Assembly: GCA_016204535.1 (NCBI GenBank)
Contig: JACQKL010000007.1
Span: 1-36,011 of the forward strand
Direction of reading: 5' to 3'
Source of the DNA: Candidatus Levyibacteriota bacterium
Lineage (GTDB): Bacteria > Patescibacteriota > Microgenomatia > Levybacterales > UBA12049
Length of the DNA stretch: 36,011 bases
The notes below the pieces were generated by a model. The model saw only the letters and a list, made by a program, of their open reading frames with translations, had not been told where the DNA came from and did no database searches. The translations under genes were made by a program, and so were the position numbers. Positions 17,183 to 27,626 of this stretch are shown here, in pieces (position 1 is the stretch's first letter; each line of letters opens with the position of its first letter).

Positions 17183-18502
17183 ATGAATATTCTTTTGGTC
17201 TTGTTTGGAAAACTACTTTCAACAATTAGTCGGTTTTTTAACCTAGGCTCTGGGTCAACGTGGCCCGGACATCTTGCGCTACTTATAAATAAAAATTTTA
17301 TTAAAGACTTGCTAAAAAATTCAAAAATTAAAGTAATTCTAGTGACAGGAACAAATGGAAAAACAACAACGGGAAAACTAATCCAAACTGTTCTTGAAAA
17401 AAGCGGTAAAAAGGTTTTTCAAAATGCATCCGGAGCAAATCTTCTGAATGGTATTGCGTCAAGTCTGTTACTACATAGTAGCATACTTGATAAGATAAAT
17501 TATGATTATGCGATTTTTGAAATTGACGAGAATATTTTACCCTTCATTCTTAAAGAGATAACGCCAGATTACCTTATTCTTTTGAATTTATTTAGGGATC
17601 AACTTGACAGGTATGGTGAAGTGAATACAATCACGAAAAAATGGCAGAAAGCATTGTCAAAACTTTCAAAAAATACGACCCTAATTTTAAACGCTGATGA
17701 TCCCCAAATTGCGTCTTTAAGGCGACACCTGGAAGGTGTCAATATAAAGTTTTTTGGAATTGATTCTAAAAACAATACCGAAAAAACCCAACATGCTTCC
17801 GACTCAATATATTGCCCAAATTGCGGTGAGAAATTGACATACATCTCTACATATTTTTCTCACTTAGGAGATTGGATTTGTAAGAAATGTCATAACAAAC
17901 ATCCGCAAGAAACGTTTACCTCTTCACCGTTTTACCCATTGTCAGGCGTTTACAATCAATATAATACCAATGCCGCAGTTCTTTTGGCGCAAGCTTTAGG
18001 ATTTGACAAAGAAAAGATAACGGCTTCTTTGAAGGGTTTTAAACCGGCTTTCGGAAGACAAGAGATTTTAGATATTGAAGGAAAAAAAGCGCAAATATTT
18101 CTCTCGAAAAACCCAACCAGTTTTAACGAATCTTTAAGGACGATCGCGTCTTTAAACGCAAAAACAATATTGATTGTTTTAAATGACCGAATTCCGGACG
18201 GAAGAGATGTTTCATGGATTTGGGATGTTGAGTTTGAAAATTATGTTGATAGTTTTGAACACATAATAATCTCTGGAGAAAGGTGTTATGACATGGCATT
18301 GCGCATTAAGTACGCAAATTCTTTGAAAAATCAAAAAATAGCAATAGGGCAATTTAACAATTTAACAATTGAAGATGACCTGCGAAAAACAATAAAAATA
18401 AGTTTGAGCAAAATAGATACTAAGCAAACTTTATATATTCTTCCTACTTATTCAGCAATGCTTGAGGTAAGAAAAATATTAACAAACAAAAAAATATTAT
18501 GA
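17183..18502 (+). CDS. murT: Lipid II isoglutaminyl synthase subunit MurT (Mur ligase + DUF1727)
   Basis: TGTNGKTTT, NLFRDQLDRYGE, CPNC..CKKC, KNPTSF, DGRDVSWIWD, TYSAML. Confidence 0.9.
   Translation: MNILLVLFGKLLSTISRFFNLGSGSTWPGHLALLINKNFIKDLLKNSKIKVILVTGTNGKTTTGKLIQTVLEKSGKKVFQNASGANLLNGIASSLLLHSSILDKINYDYAIFEIDENILPFILKEITPDYLILLNLFRDQLDRYGEVNTITKKWQKALSKLSKNTTLILNADDPQIASLRRHLEGVNIKFFGIDSKNNTEKTQHASDSIYCPNCGEKLTYISTYFSHLGDWICKKCHNKHPQETFTSSPFYPLSGVYNQYNTNAAVLLAQALGFDKEKITASLKGFKPAFGRQEILDIEGKKAQIFLSKNPTSFNESLRTIASLNAKTILIVLNDRIPDGRDVSWIWDVEFENYVDSFEHIIISGERCYDMALRIKYANSLKNQKIAIGQFNNLTIEDDLRKTIKISLSKIDTKQTLYILPTYSAMLEVRKILTNKKIL
17720..17744. repeat. REP-like palindrome in-frame within murT
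   Basis: AGGC-GACACCT-GGA-AGGTGTC-AATA. Confidence 0.7.
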
Positions 18503-19305
18503 ATTATAAATTAACTATTGGTTGGTTATATCCAGAGCTAATGAGTACCTATGGCGATAGAGGAAATATTGTTGTCCTTCAAAAAAGATGTGAATGGCGA
18601 GGAATTAAAACAAAGATTAAAAGACTTGATTTGGGTTTTAACCTTAATGATTTAAAAAGTTGCGATTTATTGTTTATGGGAGGGGCACAAGATCGGCAAC
18701 AAAAAATAGTAGCGAATGATTTTGCTAAAGAAAAAATTAAAGCCTTGAAAGACATGGTCGAAAGTGAAACGCCCGGGCTTTATATTTGCGGAGCATATCA
18801 ATTCCTGGGAAAATATTATAAAGAAGCAGACGGAACAATAATTCCCTGCCTTGATATTTTAGATTTATATACAGTAAACCCTGGAGCAAATCATCCTCGG
18901 TTAATCGGCAATATTGCAGTAGAACTCCAAGGTGTCAATACTTGTTCACCTTCCAGGTGCAATTGTAGCTACACCTTGATAGGATTTGAGAATCATGGAG
19001 GAAGAACTTATCTTGGGAAAAATATTAAACCACTAGGGAAAACCTTGGTGGGATTTGGCAATAATGGTAACGACAAAACGGAAGGCGCTTTTTATAAAAA
19101 CAGTTTTGGAACATATCTGCATGGACCAATTCTTCCCAAAAATCCTCTGTTTGCGGACAGCTTAATAAGGCTGTCTCTGGAAAAAAAGTACTTGCCTCAC
19201 CAAAAGGCGGGTGGCTCCCCTACTATTAACCTCTCCCCTATTGATGAAACTTTGGAAAACAAAGCCCGCAGCGCAATTGCTAAAAGATTGAATGTTAAGC
19301 TATAA
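18499..19305 (+). CDS. gatD: Glutamine amidotransferase subunit GatD (CobB/CobQ-like)
   Basis: YGDRGN, GGAQD, ICGAYQ, GFENHGG, YLHGPILPKNP; coupled to murT. Confidence 0.9.
   Translation: MNYKLTIGWLYPELMSTYGDRGNIVVLQKRCEWRGIKTKIKRLDLGFNLNDLKSCDLLFMGGAQDRQQKIVANDFAKEKIKALKDMVESETPGLYICGAYQFLGKYYKEADGTIIPCLDILDLYTVNPGANHPRLIGNIAVELQGVNTCSPSRCNCSYTLIGFENHGGRTYLGKNIKPLGKTLVGFGNNGNDKTEGAFYKNSFGTYLHGPILPKNPLFADSLIRLSLEKKYLPHQKAGGSPTINLSPIDETLENKARSAIAKRLNVKL
18928..18978. repeat. Nested REP-like palindrome in-frame within gatD
   Basis: CAAGGTGT...CACCT-TCC-AGGTG...ACACCTTG. Confidence 0.7.
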
Positions 19306-19323
19306 TAATATCTAGTTGAATAT

Positions 19324-19605
19324 ATGAAAATTAACGTACTTCATGTGGCAAAATTAGCCAATCTGCCTCTGAAAAATGAAGAAATAAAAAAGCTTGAAGA
19401 ACAATTGTCAGAAACTTTGACTTATATTGAAAAACTTAATTCAATAAATACAGAAAACATTGAACCAACCTCTCAAGTAACCGGTCTTGAAAATGTGGCC
19501 AGAGAAGATGAACCCAAACCCTCTCTTTCCCAAGAAGAAGCTTTATCCAACACAAAATCTCAGCACAATGGATTATTTAAGATTAAAGCAGTTTTTGATG
19601 TTTAA
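19324..19605 (+). CDS. gatC: Asp/Glu-tRNA amidotransferase subunit C
   Basis: HVAKLANL, NVARED; operon with gatA/gatB. Confidence 0.92.
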   Translation: MKINVLHVAKLANLPLKNEEIKKLEEQLSETLTYIEKLNSINTENIEPTSQVTGLENVAREDEPKPSLSQEEALSNTKSQHNGLFKIKAVFDV

Positions 19606-19607
19606 CG

Positions 19608-19636
19608 AGGTTGATCCTTGCAGCAAGGATTAACCT
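19608..19636. repeat. 13-bp-stem intergenic hairpin
   Basis: AGGTTGATCCTTG-CAG-CAAGGATTAACCT, no U-tract. Confidence 0.6.
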
Positions 19637-19647
19637 TAAAAAGATAT

Positions 19648-21057
19648 ATGAATTTGAATCAATTAACAATTAAAGAAGCAAAGGAAGGATTAAAAAATAA
19701 AAAATTTTCTTCTGTTGATTTGACTCAAGATTGTCTGAAAAGGATAAAGGAAATAGAACCAAAATTAAATGCCTTTGTTACGATTACAGAAAAAGAGGCG
19801 TTAAGCCAAGCGAAGAAAGCTGATGATATGATTGCAAATGGAGATGATTTGCCTCTTTTAGGTATACCCATCTCTATCAAGGATAATTTTTGCACTCTAG
19901 GAGTTAAGACTACTGCCTCTAGTAAAGTTTTAGAGAATTTTATTCCTCCCTATAATGCAACAGTCGTTGAGAAGTTAAATAATGCTGGTGCAGTTACTTT
20001 AGGAAAAACCAATATGGATGCGTGGGCTCATGGATCATCAACCGAAACCTCAGATTTTGGTTCAACAAAAAATCCTTGGAATTTAAAGAGGCTCCCGGGT
20101 GGATCATCGGGAGGAGCTGCGGCAAGCGTTTCCTCAGATGAAGTTTTAGCTGGAATTGGCTCGGAAACTGCCGGATCCATTCGTCAACCTGCATCCTGGT
20201 GCGGAGCTGTTGGCTTAAAACCTACATATGGACGCGTCAGCCGCTACGGAGTAATTGCAATGGCATCCTCACTTGATAGTCCAGGGCCAATAACAAAAAC
20301 TGTTGAAGACAGTGCGTTAATATTAAACGTTTTGGCAGGACAGGATGATAAAGATGCAACGACTTCACCCAGAAAAACTGAAGATCATACAAAAGACTTA
20401 TCCAAAAGCATAAAAGGGTTAAGAATTGGAATTTCAGAAGATTACTTCAAGGGAATCTATAGGGAAATAACTGAAGATGTCCAAAATGCTTTAAAAGTAT
20501 TGGAAAAACAAGGGGCGATCATCAAAAATATTAAATTATTTGACCCGCAATACGCGATTGCCGTATATACAATTCTCCAAAGAGCAGAGGTTTCTTCTAA
20601 CCTTGCTCGTTATGACGGAATAAGATACGGAAATGATAGATCATATTTTGGTGAAGAAGCAAAAAGAAGAATCATGCTTGGAACTTATACCTTATCTGCC
20701 GGATACTATGATGCATATTACAAAAAAGCACAACAAGTTAGAACTCTGATCGTTAAAGATTTTAATCAAGCATTTAAAGACGTTGATGTTGTTATTGCAC
20801 CAACAAGCCCCTCAACAGCATTATTCGCAGGGTCTTCTGAGGATAATCCAATGTTCGGAGAGCTTGCTGATGTTCTAGTTGAACCATCGTCTATCGCTGG
20901 CCTGCCAGGAATTAATATTACCTGCGGATTTTCAAAAGAAGATCTTCCTATTGGGATGCAGATTATCGGTCCGCAACTTGCAGAAAGCCTAATATTGAAC
21001 GTTGCCTACAAATATGAGCAGGAAACACAATTTTATAAACAGCGACCAAAACTATAA
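19648..21057 (+). CDS. gatA: Asp/Glu-tRNA amidotransferase subunit A
   Basis: Amidase signature PGGSSGG, GSIRQPASWCG, SSNLARYDG. Confidence 0.97.
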   Translation: MNLNQLTIKEAKEGLKNKKFSSVDLTQDCLKRIKEIEPKLNAFVTITEKEALSQAKKADDMIANGDDLPLLGIPISIKDNFCTLGVKTTASSKVLENFIPPYNATVVEKLNNAGAVTLGKTNMDAWAHGSSTETSDFGSTKNPWNLKRLPGGSSGGAAASVSSDEVLAGIGSETAGSIRQPASWCGAVGLKPTYGRVSRYGVIAMASSLDSPGPITKTVEDSALILNVLAGQDDKDATTSPRKTEDHTKDLSKSIKGLRIGISEDYFKGIYREITEDVQNALKVLEKQGAIIKNIKLFDPQYAIAVYTILQRAEVSSNLARYDGIRYGNDRSYFGEEAKRRIMLGTYTLSAGYYDAYYKKAQQVRTLIVKDFNQAFKDVDVVIAPTSPSTALFAGSSEDNPMFGELADVLVEPSSIAGLPGINITCGFSKEDLPIGMQIIGPQLAESLILNVAYKYEQETQFYKQRPKL

Positions 21058-21104
21058 GTTTACTATAATAATATATATCATTATAGTAATTGAGAGTAAA
21101 GTTT

Positions 21105-22436
21105 ATGAATAGCAATAAGTATCAACCAGTTATAGGATTAGAAGTGCATGTTGAGTTAAAAACAAAATCAAAAATGTTTTGCTCATGCAAAGCAGAATAT
21201 TTTGGGCAAAAACCAAATATTAACACCTGCCCAGTTTGCCTTGGGCTTCCAGGTGCATTACCTGTTCCCAATAAAAAAGCAATTGAATGGTGCATCATGA
21301 TAGGTTTTGCTTTAAACTGTCAAGTTTCCAATTTTTCAAAATTTGACCGAAAAAATTATTTTTACCCAGATCTTCCAAAAGGCTATCAAATAAGCCAATA
21401 CGATGAGCCTTTTTGCATAAACGGCAGCATCAAACTTTCCAATAACAAGAGTGTTGGAATAAGACGGGTCCACATGGAAGAGGACACCGGAAAACTAATC
21501 CATCAGGAAAATTCTACCCTTATTGATTTTAATCGAAGTGGCGTACCGTTGGTTGAAATTGTAACCGAACCGGATTTTGAAAGCGTGGAAGAAGTTGTTG
21601 AATATCTAAAAAAACTTCAGCAGATTGTCCGCTATCTTGGCGTATCAGATGCGGATATGGAAAAAGGCAATATGCGTCTTGAGCCGAATATATCGCTACG
21701 TGAGAATACTACCAATACTACAAATAAACAAATACTACCAATATATAAAGTGGAAGTAAAGAATATTAATTCATTCCGTTTTGTTGAAAAAGCAATAGAA
21801 TATGAGATTAAACGCCAATCGGGAATCTTAAATCAAGGAAAAAATCCTATTCAAGAAACACGCGGATGGGATGAGAATAAGCAAAAAACCGTTTCCCAAA
21901 GAATTAAAGAAGAAGCGCAGGATTATCGTTATTTTCCAGAACCCGATATTCCACCATTACGTTTTATCAATTCTCAGATTTCAAATCTTAAATCCCAAAT
22001 GCCGGAATTACCGACCGACAAGTTAATAAGATTTCAGAAAGAATATCAATTATCAAAATACGATGCGGAAATTTTAACGCGAGAAAAAGAGACAGCAGAT
22101 TATTTTGAGGAATCTGTAAGAATAGGAAAACTTCAAAAAGTCAGTCCGAAACAAATTGCCAACATTCTTATCAACAAAAAAGTGGATTTTAAAAACATTC
22201 TGCCTGCAAAGTTAATTAAAGGTATTGTTTTCTCGATAAAAATAGACTTTGTTGATAAAAGCAAGTTGAGGAAAATTATTCAAAATGTTCTTTTGAAAAA
22301 CCAAAAAGCAGTAAATGACTACAAAAACGGTAAAATTCAAGCTATTGGCTTCTTAATAGGAAAAGTGAAACAACATTTCCCTAAAGGTGACACTAATCAA
22401 ATAAAATCGACTCTGGAAAAACATTTAAAAACCTAA
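21105..22436 (+). CDS. gatB: Asp/Glu-tRNA amidotransferase subunit B
   Basis: [35 protein letters not shown]. Confidence 0.97.
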   Translation: MNSNKYQPVIGLEVHVELKTKSKMFCSCKAEYFGQKPNINTCPVCLGLPGALPVPNKKAIEWCIMIGFALNCQVSNFSKFDRKNYFYPDLPKGYQISQYDEPFCINGSIKLSNNKSVGIRRVHMEEDTGKLIHQENSTLIDFNRSGVPLVEIVTEPDFESVEEVVEYLKKLQQIVRYLGVSDADMEKGNMRLEPNISLRENTTNTTNKQILPIYKVEVKNINSFRFVEKAIEYEIKRQSGILNQGKNPIQETRGWDENKQKTVSQRIKEEAQDYRYFPEPDIPPLRFINSQISNLKSQMPELPTDKLIRFQKEYQLSKYDAEILTREKETADYFEESVRIGKLQKVSPKQIANILINKKVDFKNILPAKLIKGIVFSIKIDFVDKSKLRKIIQNVLLKNQKAVNDYKNGKIQAIGFLIGKVKQHFPKGDTNQIKSTLEKHLKT

Positions 22437-22480
22437 AAAACCCTTTATACTTACTACATAATACATTATACTTAATACAT

Positions 22481-25400
22481 ATGTCAGACTTCGTACACCT
22501 TCATAACCATAGCGATTACTCGTTGCTAGACGGTCTTTCTAAAGTTGAAGAAATGGTTCGTCGAGCAAAAGAACTCAACATGAAGGCTCTGGCAATAACA
22601 GATCATGGAAACATGTATGGCGCAATAAAATTTTATAAAACTTGCATTAATTATGGAATAAAACCAATTATAGGATGTGAAATATATATATCAAGAAGAA
22701 CAAGACATGACAAAGAAGCCGGAATGGACAGTGACTCAAACCATCTAATTCTTTTGGCAAAAAATAATAAAGGCTACAAAAACTTGATGAAGATAATCTC
22801 GATTGCAAACCTTGAAGGTTACTATTACAGACCAAGAACAGATATCGAGCTTTTGAGAGAATATCGTGAGGGTTTGATTTGTTTAAGCGCATGTGTTAAT
22901 GGCTACGTTGCCGAACCTCTCTTGCAAAACCAAGAAGAAACGGCCATAAAGAGAGCGCATGCACTTTCTGAAATATTCGGAAAGGACAATTTCTATCTGG
23001 AAATACAAAAACATCTTGATGTTAAAGATCAAGATCAACTTAACGAAAAATTAATTAAACTTTCAGAAAAACTGGGAATTCCTCTGGTTGCAACCAATGA
23101 CAACCATTACATCCGTGCCTCGGATGCTCAGGCGCAGGAGATTCTTCTATGTATACAGACCCAAACAACGATTAATGACAAAAATAGAAAACTCTCAATG
23201 ATTGCCTCACCTGATTTTTATATAAAGTCTCAGGATGAAATGAGAGGCCTTTTTATACAAACTCCTTCTGCCATAGAAAATACTGTAAAAATTGCCGACA
23301 TGTGCAATGTGGAGATAGTGCTTGGTAAATGGATTATGCCAGTTTTTGATGTGCCAAACAACAAGAAACCTTCCGAATATATTAAAGAAAAAGTCGCAGA
23401 AGGACTTGCGAAAAGATACAAAAAGATTTCGCAAAAGATTCAAGAAAGAACAGACTATGAATTATCAGTCATTCTTAAAAAAGGATATGAAACTTATATT
23501 TTAATTGTTGCCGACTTTGTCAACTGGGCAAAATTACATAATATTACTGTAGGGCCCGGAAGGGGTTCGAATGCTGGATCAATAGTGTCTTATGCCTTAG
23601 GCATCTCGGATGTTGACCCATTATTTTTTAAACTCCCTTTTGAAAGATTTCTAAACCCCATGAGACCCTCCCCTCCTGATATAGATCTGGATTTTGCAGA
23701 TAACAGACGTGATGAAGTAATTGAATATGTTACACAAAAATACGGCCGCGACAAAGTGGCCCAAATAATTACTTTTGGAACAATGGAGGCAAGAGGATCG
23801 GTGCGCGACACCGGACGAGCTCTGGGAATGCCCTACGCAGGCCCAGATAGAATCTCCAAAATGATTCCACCTGGATGGCAAGGCCATGCTATGACAATAG
23901 ACACGGCTCTAGAACAAAGCTACGAATTAAAAATGGCCTACCAATCGGAGCCTGAAACAAAAAAACTTCTAGATCTTGCTAAAAAACTTGAGGGAGTTGC
24001 CCGTCATGCATCAATGCACGCAGCCGGAGTTGTAATAGCAGACAAATCATTAACCGAATATGCACCTCTTCAAAAAGAAACTAACGGTGAAAAAATAATA
24101 ACTCAATATGACATGTATACAATCGGAGAAGATGGTGTTGGGCTTTTAAAAATTGATTTTTTGGGACTTAGAAATTTAACCATAATTCAAGAATCGCTTC
24201 GCTTTATCAAAGAAAATCAAAAAAAAAGTATAGATTTATCCTCCGTCTCATACGATGACGAAAAAACTTATGAACTTTTATCAAGCGGTGAAACAACCGG
24301 AATATTTCAACTTGAATCATCTGGAATGCGAAGGTACATTAAAGATTTAAAACCAAGCTCTATTTTTGATCTTCAAGCAATGGTCGCCTTGTACCGTCCT
24401 GGTCCAATGGCAAATATTCCGGAGTTCATTAGGCGAAAACATAACCCGAGTCTTATAAAATACCCGGACCCCCGTCTTGTAGACATCTTGAAGGAATCCT
24501 ATGGTGTGATAACTTTCCAAGACGATGTTTTGCTAACTGCAATAAAAGTCGCTGGATACTCATGGCTAGAAGCAGATAAGCTACGGAAGGCAATTGGCAA
24601 AAAAATCCCATCGGAAATGAAGAAACAACACGATAAATTTATTGAAGGCAGTGTCGCAAATGGAATGAGCCAGAGAAAAGCAGAAGAATTTTGGATCCTT
24701 TTTGAACCATTTGCCGGATACGGATTCAATAAGGCTCATGCTGCGGGTTATGCCACAATCGCTTTCAGAACAGCCTATCTCAAAGCTCACTTCCCGGTTG
24801 AATTTATGACTGCTCTTCTGACAGCCGAATCCCGCGGTACCACTGGCCCTGTTAAAAATGAAAAGATTGCTCAAGCGATTGCTGAATGTAAAAGACTTAA
24901 AATTACCGTTCTTCCTCCCGATATTAATAAATCACAAAGCGACTTTACAATCGAAGATAAAATAAAAATACGTTTTGGACTAACAGCTATCAAAAATGTG
25001 GGACATGCGGCAATAAAAAGCATCCTAGATGCACGCTCAGGCGGTGCTTTTAAAAGTTTTGAAGATTTTTGTTTTAGGATTGATCTGGGGGCTGTAAATA
25101 AAAAAACAATAGAAAGCCTCATTAAGGCCGGCGCACTAGATCGTTTTGGCAACAGAGCAAGTCTTCTAATGGTCTATCCTGAGATAGCACTTTCCGCTCA
25201 CAAAAAGAGAAAGCAAGAAGAAGAAGGGCAAATCAGCTTTTTCAACGATAGTGAAGACAGAAAACTCGAAGGCAGAGGAAACATCAATAAGGTTGAAGAT
25301 TTTTCAACCAACGAAAAACTAGGATTTGAAAAAGAGTTTCTAGGGTTTTACCTTACTTCTCATCCTCAACTCGACAACCTTCTGTATATCAAATCAGTCA

Positions 25401-25699
25401 TCTCTCACGAAATAGATATTCTGGCGGAAGAAAAAGAGGGAACACGCGTAAAGATTGGGGGAATTATTGAATCCGCTAGAAGAATATTCACCAAAAAAAA
25501 TAATAATGAAATGGCTTTTTTACTTATCGGCAACGAAAACGGAGTTTCCGTTGAATGCGTTGTTTTTCCAAAAATCTTTGAACAGCATAAGAAACTATTG
25601 ATAAAAGATTCTGTAATCGTTGTTGAGGGTCATTTGGATACCAAAAATGATAAACCAACAATTATTGCGGAAAAAATATCCCAAATTAAAGAATCTTGA
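22481..25699 (+). CDS. dnaE: DNA polymerase III alpha subunit
   Basis: [32 protein letters not shown] fold. Confidence 0.98.
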   Translation: MSDFVHLHNHSDYSLLDGLSKVEEMVRRAKELNMKALAITDHGNMYGAIKFYKTCINYGIKPIIGCEIYISRRTRHDKEAGMDSDSNHLILLAKNNKGYKNLMKIISIANLEGYYYRPRTDIELLREYREGLICLSACVNGYVAEPLLQNQEETAIKRAHALSEIFGKDNFYLEIQKHLDVKDQDQLNEKLIKLSEKLGIPLVATNDNHYIRASDAQAQEILLCIQTQTTINDKNRKLSMIASPDFYIKSQDEMRGLFIQTPSAIENTVKIADMCNVEIVLGKWIMPVFDVPNNKKPSEYIKEKVAEGLAKRYKKISQKIQERTDYELSVILKKGYETYILIVADFVNWAKLHNITVGPGRGSNAGSIVSYALGISDVDPLFFKLPFERFLNPMRPSPPDIDLDFADNRRDEVIEYVTQKYGRDKVAQIITFGTMEARGSVRDTGRALGMPYAGPDRISKMIPPGWQGHAMTIDTALEQSYELKMAYQSEPETKKLLDLAKKLEGVARHASMHAAGVVIADKSLTEYAPLQKETNGEKIITQYDMYTIGEDGVGLLKIDFLGLRNLTIIQESLRFIKENQKKSIDLSSVSYDDEKTYELLSSGETTGIFQLESSGMRRYIKDLKPSSIFDLQAMVALYRPGPMANIPEFIRRKHNPSLIKYPDPRLVDILKESYGVITFQDDVLLTAIKVAGYSWLEADKLRKAIGKKIPSEMKKQHDKFIEGSVANGMSQRKAEEFWILFEPFAGYGFNKAHAAGYATIAFRTAYLKAHFPVEFMTALLTAESRGTTGPVKNEKIAQAIAECKRLKITVLPPDINKSQSDFTIEDKIKIRFGLTAIKNVGHAAIKSILDARSGGAFKSFEDFCFRIDLGAVNKKTIESLIKAGALDRFGNRASLLMVYPEIALSAHKKRKQEEEGQISFFNDSEDRKLEGRGNINKVEDFSTNEKLGFEKEFLGFYLTSHPQLDNLLYIKSVISHEIDILAEEKEGTRVKIGGIIESARRIFTKKNNNEMAFLLIGNENGVSVECVVFPKIFEQHKKLLIKDSVIVVEGHLDTKNDKPTIIAEKISQIKES

Positions 25700-25724
25700 C
25701 TTATAAACAGATTACATTTAAAAT
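25696..25724 (+). promoter_or_regulatory. atp operon promoter
   Basis: TTGACT-17bp-TAAAAT. Confidence 0.65.
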
Positions 25725-25734
25725 CTAAGTGAAG

Positions 25735-26460
25735 ATGATATCTTTTGCACCAGAGACAATTCTTTCTTTAGGATTTTTTCCAATAACCAACACTATTCTA
25801 GACATACTTCTCGTAGACTTGATCATTATTGGCGGAATTGTTTATGTCTACAAGAATATTGCTTTAATTCCAAATAATCTTTTCCAGAATGCAATAGAGT
25901 CAATAATTGAAATGTTTTATGGCTTAACTGAATCTATCGCTCAAAATGTTGCGGCAAAAATTTTCCCCTATTTTATGAGCTTTTTTTTATTTATATTACT
26001 TACTAATTGGAGTAGCCTTATACCAGGAGTTGGAACAATAGGGTTTCGCGAGCATGATGAATTTATTCCTCTTTTTAGAGGTGCAACCAGCGATTTAAAT
26101 CTTACACTAGGACTTGCTCTGGTTTCAGCTGTCGCAACGCATACATTAAGCATTAAAACAATCGGTATAAAAGAGTATCTAAGCCGTTATTTTTCCTTCA
26201 ATCCACTTAATCTTTTTATAGGTTTGTTAGAAATAATCTCCGAAATCACAAAAGTTATTTCCTTATCTTTTAGATTATTCGGAAATATTTTTGCGGGAGA
26301 GGTGGTAATCATAACCGTTTCATCCATTTTTGCTTTCATTTTTCCTCTCCCCTTCTTACTTCTGGAAATAGTAGTAGGTATGGTTCAGGCACTTGTTTTT
26401 TCAATGTTAACTATGGTTTTTATGGCAATCTTAACCACATCCCACAACCAATCTCACTGA
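25735..26460 (+). CDS. atpB: ATP synthase F0 subunit a
   Basis: SLSFRLFGNIFAGE, QALVFSML. Confidence 0.95.
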   Translation: MISFAPETILSLGFFPITNTILDILLVDLIIIGGIVYVYKNIALIPNNLFQNAIESIIEMFYGLTESIAQNVAAKIFPYFMSFFLFILLTNWSSLIPGVGTIGFREHDEFIPLFRGATSDLNLTLGLALVSAVATHTLSIKTIGIKEYLSRYFSFNPLNLFIGLLEIISEITKVISLSFRLFGNIFAGEVVIITVSSIFAFIFPLPFLLLEIVVGMVQALVFSMLTMVFMAILTTSHNQSH

Positions 26461-26529
26461 AAAAAGATTGCAAGAGGCTTAAAAAAAGTGTAAGATAAAT
26501 TTAACAAGCTTAAGGAGGTGAAATTATAT

Positions 26530-26736
26530 ATGGACATTAGTATTTCAGGAGGTTTAATAATTGCAATTGGAGGTATGTTTCCAGCCCTTGCAATTGGTTT
26601 TATCGGCTCAAAAGCGATGGAGGCACTTGGTAGAAATCCAGAAGCATCAGGGAGAATTCTACCCGCAATGCTACTTGCTATGGCATTTGCTGAAGCAATT
26701 GCGATATACTCACTGATTTTGGCTTTTACAAAATAA
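26530..26736 (+). CDS. atpE: ATP synthase F0 subunit c
   Basis: GRNPEA loop, FAEAIAIY; AAGGAGGTG SD at 26512-26520 places ATG at 26530; internal promoter TTGCAA-17-TAAGAT. Confidence 0.95.
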   Translation: MDISISGGLIIAIGGMFPALAIGFIGSKAMEALGRNPEASGRILPAMLLAMAFAEAIAIYSLILAFTK

Positions 26737-26767
26737 TCTTAATAAAGAGGTAAGTAATTCGCAAGCT

Positions 26768-27271
26768 ATGGATATAATAAAAAATTTTGGAGTAAATCCA
26801 GTACTTTTGGGTGCTCAAATAGTTAACTTTTTAATTATATTTTTCATATTAAAAAAGTTTTTATATAAACCCATACTCGAGTTGTTAAGAAAAAGACAAA
26901 CAACAATTAAGGAGGGTTTAAAACAAGCAGAGGAAGCAAAGGTTCGTCTCGAAAAGGTTATCGTTGAGGAAAAAAATATTTTAAGACAAGCTCAAATCCA
27001 GGCAAAAAAAATCATCGAAGACACTAAGCAAGAATCAATAGAAATAACTAAAAACATGACCAATGACGCTAAAAAATTAACTGAAAAGATGTTGGGAGAG
27101 GCTAAAAATCAAATCATAAGAGAGTCTATGGAAACTGAAAAAAGATTAGCTCTAAAGGTAAGTAAACTAGCTGTGTCATTTCTAGAAAAATCGCTTAAGA
27201 ATTTTTTTTCAGGTAGTCAGCAAGAAGAAGTTTTAAAAAATGTTCTAAAAAAAATTAAGAAAACAGCTTAA
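26768..27271 (+). CDS. atpF: ATP synthase F0 subunit b
   Basis: QIVNFLII..KFLYKPI, coiled coil, operon position. Confidence 0.93.
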   Translation: MDIIKNFGVNPVLLGAQIVNFLIIFFILKKFLYKPILELLRKRQTTIKEGLKQAEEAKVRLEKVIVEEKNILRQAQIQAKKIIEDTKQESIEITKNMTNDAKKLTEKMLGEAKNQIIRESMETEKRLALKVSKLAVSFLEKSLKNFFSGSQQEEVLKNVLKKIKKTA

Positions 27272-27275
27272 GGAT

Positions 27276-27626
27276 ATGAATAGAAAAAAAATGAATCAAC
27301 TTGTCTTTGAAAGTTATTCAAACCAATTCTTGAATCAAGCAAAAGTAAACAAAATAGTAAAATTTCTCAGCAAATCGGATTTAAAACAGTACATAAATGC
27401 ATTGAAATTGGAGGAAAAGAAAAAAAGCCTAATTGTTTCAGCCCCGGTTAAGAATCAAAATTTAGCAAGATTTACAGAACTATTCCCGAATAAAAAAATT
27501 ATCTTTAAAATAGATCCGTCCCTCATGCTTGGAATAAAAATTGTTGATAATGATCTTGTTTACGAATTCACATTAAAAAGCTCGCTTGATAAAATTGTCT
27601 CATATATGGAACAAAATTATGATTGA
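27276..27626 (+). CDS. atpH: ATP synthase F1 subunit delta (short form)
   Basis: IDPSLMLGIKI C-terminal motif; between atpF and atpA. Confidence 0.85.
   Translation: MNRKKMNQLVFESYSNQFLNQAKVNKIVKFLSKSDLKQYINALKLEEKKKSLIVSAPVKNQNLARFTELFPNKKIIFKIDPSLMLGIKIVDNDLVYEFTLKSSLDKIVSYMEQNYD

Noticed and set aside
22481-25699. Possible intein in dnaE
   Set aside because: Normal length; no splice or LAGLIDADG motifs seen
26530-26736. Na+-coupled ATP synthase
   Set aside because: c subunit has E-A rather than E-S/T and no obvious partner Gln; looks proton-type
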